From Candidatus Poribacteria bacterium (GTDB taxonomy: Bacteria > Poribacteria > WGA-4E > JAJDTR01), in NCBI GenBank assembly GCA_965222225.1, contig CBDCTK010000002.1, positions 416,001 to 480,000 of the forward strand: a stretch of DNA of 64,000 nt. The letters run 5' to 3'. Every line of letters starts with the position of its first letter. Position 1 is the stretch's first letter. This document shows positions 33,473 to 40,269 of the stretch, in pieces. The notes beneath the pieces were generated by a model that worked only from the letters and a program-made list of their open reading frames with translations, was not told the origin of the DNA and did no database searches. Made by a program: the position numbers and the translations under genes.

Positions 33473-34504
33473 ATGAGTGATGAAACAATCCGAGTTGGCG
33501 TTATTGGCGCAGGTGCAAACACGACTTCGCGCCATATTCCGGGACTACAAGCCATTGATGACGTTGAAATTGTCGGAGTTTGCAATCGAAGCCGTGAGTC
33601 ATCGGAGCGAGTTGCAAAGGAATTCAACATTCCAAAGACCTATGAGGGGTGGCAAGACGCAATCTCCGACCCGGACACAAATGCCATTGTCATTGGGACA
33701 TGGCCATATATGCACTGTCGTACGACAGTGGCGGCGTTGGAGGCGGACAAGCACGTGATGTGCGAGGCGCGAATGGCGATGAACGCCCAAGAAGCACATG
33801 CAATGCGCGACGCATCTCGCGAGAAACCCCATCTCGTTGCGCAGATTGTCCCGTCGCCGATGACGCTAGGGCAAGACAAGGGGATTACGCGGCTCATTGC
33901 CGAAGGCTTCCTTGGTGAAGTGTTGGTAATTGAGATACGTAGCGGGGGTCTATTCCTCGACCCCGATGCACTGCTGCACTGGCGCGAAAACTTCGACTTG
34001 AGCGGACTCAACATTATGAGCATGGGAATTTGGTATGAAGCCGCCATGCGTTGGGTGGGGGAAGCAACGCGTGTGATGGCAATGGGAAAGACCTTTGTCA
34101 GAATGCGTAAGGACGCCGAGGGTGTCATCCGTTCCACCCGTATTCCCAATCACATTGATGTGACTGCCGACATGGCATGCGGCGCTCAATTGCACCTTCA
34201 AGTTTCAAACGTTGCGGGGCTGGCTGGACCAGACGAGGTCTTCCTGTTCGGAAGTAATGGAACGCTTCGTATCGCCGACGACACGCTCTACGGAGGACAG
34301 AGGGAAGATTCCGCGCTTTCAGAGATCTCGCTTTCGTCCGACGAGATAGGCGCGTGGCGTGTGGAAGAGGAGTTTGTGAGTGCGATTCGAGGAAACGGAC
34401 CCATAACCCACACTAATTTTGAGGATGGCGTGAAGTATATGGAATTTACTGAAGCGGTGAACTTAAGCATGGAAACGGGGACGGTGGTCAGCTTGCCGCT
34501 GTAG
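33473..34504 (+). CDS. Gfo/Idh/MocA oxidoreductase
   Basis: VGVIGAG, KHVMCEARMA. Confidence 0.9.
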   Translation: MSDETIRVGVIGAGANTTSRHIPGLQAIDDVEIVGVCNRSRESSERVAKEFNIPKTYEGWQDAISDPDTNAIVIGTWPYMHCRTTVAALEADKHVMCEARMAMNAQEAHAMRDASREKPHLVAQIVPSPMTLGQDKGITRLIAEGFLGEVLVIEIRSGGLFLDPDALLHWRENFDLSGLNIMSMGIWYEAAMRWVGEATRVMAMGKTFVRMRKDAEGVIRSTRIPNHIDVTADMACGAQLHLQVSNVAGLAGPDEVFLFGSNGTLRIADDTLYGGQREDSALSEISLSSDEIGAWRVEEEFVSAIRGNGPITHTNFEDGVKYMEFTEAVNLSMETGTVVSLPL

Positions 34505-34691
34505 GCGGAAATACGACGCAGCGACCGACAAAGAACCGAATCTCCTCATACCGGATCTTATTAGTGGGCGCTTATCGCTTCAGTGCGATACAGTGGTGTT
34601 ATAGATGCCTCACCGCTCCCTGAACACCAATAGCTGGAATCGGCGCATAGTGCCTACCAGCACTCCTGGGGAAATTGAATGGCGCAACTGC

Positions 34692-34808
34692 AAAGCGTGG
34701 ATTGAAAACGGCCTTCCGCGCCACAACGATTATTTGAGTGCCCTAGCAGGGATTGCCGAAAGATTGGGCGTTGAGACATTTTGGGATGTGCGTGAAACTG
34801 ATAGATAG
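34692..34808 (+). repeat. Left island boundary: 3' remnant of a possible Ldh_2-family gene, direct repeat of 57552-57668
   Basis: Encodes KAWIENGLPRHNDYLSALAGIAERLGVETFWDVRETDR*, colinear with the right-hand copy; preceded by PGEIEW. Confidence 0.75.
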
Positions 34809-35000
34809 CGGAGATTAACTAAAGCGATGGCAAGTTATGCCATTTCGCTTGAATAATGTTGCGGAGTTAGTCGTTAGAGACTTCTCAAACAAAATCACCC
34901 TAGAAGCCTTCCGTTTTAGATTTCAGTGTTAAGTGTTAAGGTAAGGTACAGAACACTGGGAAAGAATTGCTTCTAGGGTGATTTCTGAGCTATCTTAAGT

Positions 35001-35441
35001 CTACTCGTTGAATGAAACCTTGATAATGTGTCCTTCCAGATTCACCTTGGCTCTCGCAGATTGAGGAACGATACCTCCAAACATATTTGAAGCGCGATAT
35101 TTAGTCAAGACAATGATATGATCTCCGTTGTCTATGTATCCTGTTTCCACGTGCTTATAGAAATCAGGATCTAGGAGATTTTCCTTAATGCGTTACGTAA
35201 GATTGATGTGAGAACCGTCCCAGAAATGAAATTGAGCTTTGATTGACTTCTTCCTTTCCAACTCTTTTTGTTCAGCTTCAGTCAATACAGGCTCAGTTTC
35301 AACTTCTTCCTTGTCTGATTCTATCAATTCATCTTCATTCCCTCCAGAAAAGATTCCAATCAGAATCAAAGCGACAATCCCTATCACTATGAATGCCGAT
35401 CGTTTTTCCTTCTTGGTTAATTCCTCCCATTTCTTACTCAT
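35001..35441 (-). pseudogene. Membrane-anchored hypothetical protein with internal TAA (35193-35195)
   Basis: Frame continues after DGSHINLT*: RIKENLLDPDFYKHVETGY...YRASNMFGGIV...; RBS GGAGG. Confidence 0.7.
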
Positions 35442-35454
35442 TTTCCCCTCCATG

Positions 35455-35488
35455 AAAAAGAGGGGACAACCCGCAGGCTGCCCCTCTT
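35455..35488 (-). terminator. Intrinsic terminator or attenuator
   Basis: AAGAGGGGCAGCC-TGCG-GGTTGTCCCCTCTTTTT on the minus strand. Confidence 0.75.
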
Positions 35489-35593
35489 ACTGAGGCAGAC
35501 CTAACGGGAATATCATTACGTTTCCCATTCAGGTTCTCCCTTTGTTTTTGTATTGACGCAATACCTATGCGCCACCCGAATTCACGGGATCAA

Positions 35594-35622
35594 TTGACAG
35601 AAATCCCTACAGATGTTATAAA
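35594..35622 (+). promoter_or_regulatory. sigma-70 promoter of a putative antisense sRNA
   Basis: TTGACA-17 bp-TATAAA with extended TGn. Confidence 0.72.
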
Positions 35623-35628
35623 GACAAC

Positions 35629-35730
35629 AGGTGACGCAAGTGAGTTTCCCACTCGCATACCTTTGCGTTGCCTATGGCGTTCCTCTGCCTGTGGATACTG
35701 GCATATCTGCAGGCATGAACGGCATTTTAT
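35629..35730 (+). ncRNA. Putative ~100-nt two-hairpin small RNA
   Basis: Starts 7 nt after the -10 box; stems 35629-35673 and 35674-35725 have G-U pairs on this strand only; ends in a U-rich tail. Confidence 0.55.
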
Positions 35731-35757
35731 CGTAGGAAAAATCTATCGGTGATTGTC

Positions 35758-35787
35758 ATGATATACGGGAAGCGCGATGTATGTCAA
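35758..35787 (-). promoter_or_regulatory. Convergent sigma-70 promoter
   Basis: TTGACA-18 bp-TATCAT on the minus strand. Confidence 0.55.
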
Positions 35788-35889
35788 CTCAAAACTCTCT
35801 ATACGTTTTGAGGGAATTAGATTTGCACCGGGCAAGGAAATATGGTAAAGAAGTGAACTTGTACGTTTAACAAAAAGGGAGGAAATAGA

Positions 35890-36123
35890 ATGTTTATAAG
35901 CAAAAAAGGCGATAATCGAATTCACAATCTTAGAAATGCCAGCACTATATATTTCCAGAAAGTGAGAGACGGTCATTACACTATCTTCGCCAGATTTCCT
36001 ACAGAAGAAGATAATTCACTAAAGAAAATAGCAGAAGGACTATCAGATAAGGAAGTTGTATTCACATTTATTTCGATTAAGAATGCGCTCGCCGAAGGTA
36101 AGAATTTCTTAGAGTTACCATAA
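35890..36123 (+). CDS. Small hypothetical cargo protein (77 aa)
   Basis: RBS GGGAGG; ends at the hairpin at 36129-36152. Confidence 0.65.
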   Translation: MFISKKGDNRIHNLRNASTIYFQKVRDGHYTIFARFPTEEDNSLKKIAEGLSDKEVVFTFISIKNALAEGKNFLELP

Positions 36124-36152
36124 AAAAAGGCTGAGAGCGTCAACTCTCAGCC
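36122..36152 (-). terminator. Intrinsic terminator downstream of the transposase
   Basis: GGCTGAGAG-loop-CTCTCAGCC followed by T7 on the minus strand. Confidence 0.75.
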
Positions 36153-36210
36153 AAACCATATTCATCCCCCACAGGGAAAATTCTATGGCACCAAAGGAAG
36201 GTGATTTCCT

Positions 36211-36384
36211 ATGGCAAGATTCTATACGTCTAAAGGGAAAGTGATAAAATTGAGACCAGTTAAGGATTTCCGTGAATTCTTCAAGAAAAGGCAAGCATGG
36301 AGAACATGGACACCGGAATGCCACCGAGATCTCAAGCGAAAATCCTCTCCATATAGAAACCGAAGATATCCTTTTCCTTCCTGA
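36211..36384 (+). CDS. Putative basic micro-protein (57 aa) convergently overlapping the transposase 3' end
   Basis: RBS AAGGAAGGTGA; MARFYTSKGKVIKLRPVKDFREFFKKRQAW...; below the ORF-track cutoff. Confidence 0.45.
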   Translation: MARFYTSKGKVIKLRPVKDFREFFKKRQAWRTWTPECHRDLKRKSSPYRNRRYPFPS

Positions 36385-37192
36385 GATTATACTTGTAGCA
36401 GGCTTCTCGAACATACATCGGAAGCCACTTGACGGAGTAGTGATGATGCGTTCCGTGGAAGGCTCTCTTGAGTAACGCCCAGAAGGATTCAATCGTATTC
36501 GTGTGAGTGAATCCATCTTCGCTCACATATTCCTTGGATTTGTGACTTATCACATGTCGTTCCATTTCCGTATTCATGATGTTGTATGCTTGAAATTCAT
36601 CTGTCATGAGAGTAGAATCCTTTGAGGCATTCCCTAGGATAAAATCTTTGAGATTCACGCCAGTTAGTTTCCGCATCATCTGAGCAACAACTCTCCCGCC
36701 ACGCTCTACTATTCCAACAACTGGCGTCTTCTTTGTTCCTCTACCTCTCTTGTTACCTCTGCCTCTTGGCTTTCCACCGACATATGTTTCGTCCACTTCC
36801 ACGATTCCATTGAGAAGCGCATCGTCTCCCTCCGCCATCTTTTCTCTGATTCTCATTGCCATATACCACGCTGTCTTCTGATTCATATCCAATTCACGAG
36901 CGAGCTGGCACGAGGAAACGGATTTTTTGGCGTTGGAAATAATGGAAATTGCCATGAACCATTTCCTGAGAGGGACTCTCGTTTTGTGAAACATAGTCTG
37001 AGCTGTAACAGTGAAGGTTGAGTGACAATCGTGACAATTCCAGCCATGGTCAAGATGTAACTTATTCCTGCGACCTACATGTGTACTTCCACAATGGATA
37101 CAAGCGACTCCGTCAGGCCATCGGAGAGACTCAAGATGTAAGATGCAGGAATCTTCGTCTGGGAAAGTTTCCATAAGGTTAAAGATGTTCAT
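36332..37192 (-). CDS. IS1595-family transposase
   Basis: Zn ribbon CIHC...CHDC, VEVDETYVGG, MTDE, HTNTIESFW. Confidence 0.96.
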   Translation of the reverse strand: MNIFNLMETFPDEDSCILHLESLRWPDGVACIHCGSTHVGRRNKLHLDHGWNCHDCHSTFTVTAQTMFHKTRVPLRKWFMAISIISNAKKSVSSCQLARELDMNQKTAWYMAMRIREKMAEGDDALLNGIVEVDETYVGGKPRGRGNKRGRGTKKTPVVGIVERGGRVVAQMMRKLTGVNLKDFILGNASKDSTLMTDEFQAYNIMNTEMERHVISHKSKEYVSEDGFTHTNTIESFWALLKRAFHGTHHHYSVKWLPMYVREACYKYNLRKEKDIFGFYMERIFA

Positions 37193-37363
37193 GGCACGAA
37201 CTATACGTACCGATGAACTATGAAACTGTCACCTCAGAGAAAAACGTATAAGATAGGTTGGTTCATTTGATCCAATTTACGAATTTTTGAGTTGCTATTG
37301 CGTACGAATCTGTATCTTTTTGACTTTACTTTTCAATTAATGCAAGTTATAATAAATGTCAAA

Positions 37364-37406
37364 TAAAAAAAGCAGGACATCTGTGGCTAGACAGAATGCC
37401 CTGCTT
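37364..37406 (-). terminator. Intrinsic terminator after the micro-protein genes
   Basis: AAGCAGGGCAT...ATGTCCTGCTTTTTTT on the minus strand. Confidence 0.7.
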
Positions 37407-37423
37407 GGTTGAGTCAAACGCTA

Positions 37424-37513
37424 TTAACGTCTGACTCTTCTGACGGTGACAACCTTCTTGACGCGAATCCTGCGTACACGTCTAACGATTGTCACCGTTT
37501 TTCGAACAGCCAT
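37424..37513 (-). CDS. 29-aa Arg/Val-rich cationic peptide
   Basis: MAVRKTVTIVRRVRRIRVKKVVTVRRVRR; RBS AAGGAGGT; tandem TAA TAG stops; terminator follows. Confidence 0.65.
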   Translation of the reverse strand: MAVRKTVTIVRRVRRIRVKKVVTVRRVRR

Positions 37514-37609
37514 GGTATTACCTCCTTGGCTTATTTATGAGGAATTGCCCAAACATCAATTCCCCGTGAATATTCAGACATGGTTTCCGTTCGGGATGTC
37601 TGTAAACGC

Positions 37610-37732
37610 TTATTTGCGTTTGGTACACTTTTTGTCTTTTTCGACAACAGTGGTTCTGGGATTACGTTTCGCAGTTTCCTTTTTGACGTATCTCCCAGTT
37701 ATTGCACTTCGTGCCTTTCCTTTGGAAGCCAT
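37610..37732 (-). CDS. 40-aa basic micro-protein (RSAITGRYV...PxTTV type)
   Basis: MASKGKARSAITGRYVKKETAKRNPRTTVVEKDKKCTKRK; RBS AAGGAGG; promoter TTGAAA-17-TATCAT at 37787-37815. Confidence 0.75.
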   Translation of the reverse strand: MASKGKARSAITGRYVKKETAKRNPRTTVVEKDKKCTKRK

Positions 37733-37979
37733 TGTTATTCCTCCTTCTGTGGCGCTGATTCTAGCAGGATTGGCGCCATGATGAGGATGATATCACACTG
37801 AATCCTATTTTTCAACTAAAAATTCATTCCAGCCTACAGAATCGGATTTTACACCCCTCTCCACTATCCTACCATTGATTGACGCTCTAATCGCCCTGTG
37901 TGACAAATACGATGGATTAAAAGGCTTATATTTGCATCTTTAACTATCAGTTTTGAGGTGAATTACTCAAATGTGATAC

Positions 37980-37999
37980 TTATCCACAAGTTATCCACA
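37980..37999 (+). promoter_or_regulatory. Two tandem consensus DnaA boxes
   Basis: TTATCCACA-AG-TTATCCACA. Confidence 0.7.
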
Positions 38000-38084
38000 A
38001 TTAACAGACTAACGCTGTAAATCTATTTCCCCTTATACTTATACGCATTGAGCGAAAATGGGAAGTCTCTAACGACTAATTCCG

Positions 38085-38834
38085 AACAATTTTCAGTTCT
38101 AGTATGCGATACGATGCCGGACGTGCAATTGATAGCTAATGGCCAGTGCTTTCCACGATACCGCTATCGGAAACCGTCGGAGCAGGGATCTGAGCTTCCG
38201 GGTGTTGAGGAGGATTCTCATTGTGTTGATAACATATCGGACACGGTGTTGCGTGTCTTCCGTGAGCACTATTGCAACGACGCAATTACGAAAGACACTA
38301 TCTTCGACTACGTCTATGGCGTTCTGCACACGCCCAGATATTGTGAAGAGTTTGCAAACAACCTGTCAAAGGAGTTGCCGCGTATCCCTTTCGCGCCCGA
38401 TTTCTATGCGTTCGCAGAAGCGGGGAGAGCGCTTGGCGAACTCCACCTCAGTTACGAGCGATGTGAACGATACTCGCTGAATCTCGTATTCGCACATGAA
38501 GGGGAACCGTTGCCTAGACACTTCCTAACTAACTGAGAAGGCGATGCGTTTCGCGGACGATGAGAAAACGACGCTCAGGATCAACGAGCATGTGAGTTTG
38601 TCCGGCATTCCGGCGGAAGCGCATCGGTACATCGTCAACGGGAGAACACCGCTGGAGTGGTACATTGATCGGTATAGAATTAAGAAGGACAAAGAGAGCG
38701 GGATTGTCAACGATCCGAATGGGTGGTTTGAGGATCCGCGTGACTTGGTTGCCGCGATTGAGCGGATTGTGTATGTGAGTGTGGAGTCAACGCGGATTAT
38801 TGAGGGGTTGCCGAGGGACGTGACGGGACAATGA
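38085..38834 (+). pseudogene. Type ISP restriction-modification enzyme C-terminal domain, 5'-truncated at the IS end and frameshifted near 38530
   Basis: GQCFPRYRY, ITKDTIFDYVYGVLH, NLSKELPRIP, YIVNGRTPLEW, SGIVNDPN. Confidence 0.88.
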
Positions 38835-38943
38835 GAGGTGTAAGGGTTTCAGTATAGTGTGTTTCCATCAAACGAAGATTTAAGGAGAGATCCGATGAGA
38901 AGACTTAGAAGAGGACTTGGATTTTTGGAGGTCTGCAATTTAT

Positions 38944-39312
38944 ATGTCTCCAGCCGCGTTCTCTGTTATCATCAGCGTGTCTCTTGCGGGTTGTGTAGCC
39001 AGTAAACAGCCTTCAACGCGGGAAATAATGAACTCTTGGATGGGAAACCATATTTCACAGGTTATCCGTAGCTGGGGAGCATATGACCAAGTCGTTTCAG
39101 ATGGTGCAGGTGGAAAAATCTACATTTGGATAACATACCGCGACGATAGTATTCTTGATATCTTGCCTCCTCCGCGCGGCAATAGTATCTCAGCAGCAAT
39201 TGCTCGAGTACAGCGAGCTGAAATAAGGAGGCGCGCCGCTACACCGCTAAAGAGGGAAATGTATGTAGGCCCAAATGGCGGCGTATACTCGTGGAGAGTT
39301 TCAGGGGAATAA
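38944..39312 (+). CDS. Putative lipoprotein
   Basis: Lipobox LAGC; MNSWMG...WG...DGAGGKIYIW. Confidence 0.6.
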   Translation: MSPAAFSVIISVSLAGCVASKQPSTREIMNSWMGNHISQVIRSWGAYDQVVSDGAGGKIYIWITYRDDSILDILPPPRGNSISAAIARVQRAEIRRRAATPLKREMYVGPNGGVYSWRVSGE

Positions 39313-39536
39313 CGCTGACACAAGTACACATTGCGAATTGATTAGATTGCTCAACGCCTCTTACAGACGGACATACTTCAGGGGAAAAAATGGTGCGCAG
39401 CAGGATGGCTATGAGACATTCAATCGCCTTCCGTATTCGTTGGGTCGATCTCAGTTGATCTGTCGACTCATAGCTTAGGGTTTAGATTGATATCGCTTTG
39501 CTCAACCCAACCTACATTTCAAGACTGAATCCATTG

Positions 39537-40007
39537 CTACTTTGTAGACTCCGTCCAGAAATTTGTGACATCGCCATCGGCATCCATGATTTCACATGAA
39601 ACGAACCCCATTTTTCCTAGATACTTCTCCCCTGCTTGAAAATTTTGGAGATATATGTATCCGTAAGGTTCAAGTACGTATGTCCATATACCTCCATTGA
39701 CCACCAAGTATTCCTCTGACGCGATTGTAATCGTACCTTGTACGGTTACTTCCTCCCACCCGTCATTTTTCAGATACTCTACTGCGCCGCTTTTAACTGA
39801 GGAATCACCCATCGCGAAGCGCAGAATAAGGTCCAAGATTGCGTTGTTAAGTGCCTTCCTCTGCAGCGAAGTCAACCGATGAAGTCCAGCTTGTTTTTGT
39901 TGTGGGGCAGTCATAAGCCTTATGAAGTCAATAGTCAGCGTATCTGCACACAGTCCTGTCAATAGTAGGGTTAACGCACCTATTACTATCATGCATCGTA
40001 CTTTCAT
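39537..40007 (-). CDS. Hypothetical secreted protein
   Basis: Signal-peptide-like N-terminus; RBS AAGGAG. Confidence 0.65.
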   Translation of the reverse strand: MKVRCMIVIGALTLLLTGLCADTLTIDFIRLMTAPQQKQAGLHRLTSLQRKALNNAILDLILRFAMGDSSVKSGAVEYLKNDGWEEVTVQGTITIASEEYLVVNGGIWTYVLEPYGYIYLQNFQAGEKYLGKMGFVSCEIMDADGDVTNFWTESTK

Positions 40008-40269
40008 GGTTGGCTCCTTCCTAGAAACGGTAGTCGGTCCATGTTTGCACTTGACGGAGCTAGACGCTCCAGCCCAAGGAAGCGTGTCAGATTATTCACG
40101 GATTTACCAAGGGATAGCGAGAGACTTCGCTAATCGCTCGGTTTAGGGTCTTACTATCGCCCTCGTTGTCCACTTGACCGAACAGTGCCCGCCCACGAAT
40201 TCGAGCAGGTTAAGCACGCTCCAGATGCTCCAAAATTACTTAAACCACGCGATATAGTTGCGGGTTGGG

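Larger units (their letters stand above)
34862..38084 (-). mobile_element. IS1595-family element with cargo (3223 bp)
   Basis: 23-bp TIRs CGGA(G/A)TTAGTCGTTAGAGACTTC at 34862-34884 and 38062-38084 (22/23 match); no matching target duplication. Confidence 0.88.

Noticed and set aside
37980-38040. Chromosomal oriC
   Set aside because: Only two DnaA boxes, located inside an IS; no dnaA/dnaN/gyrB context.
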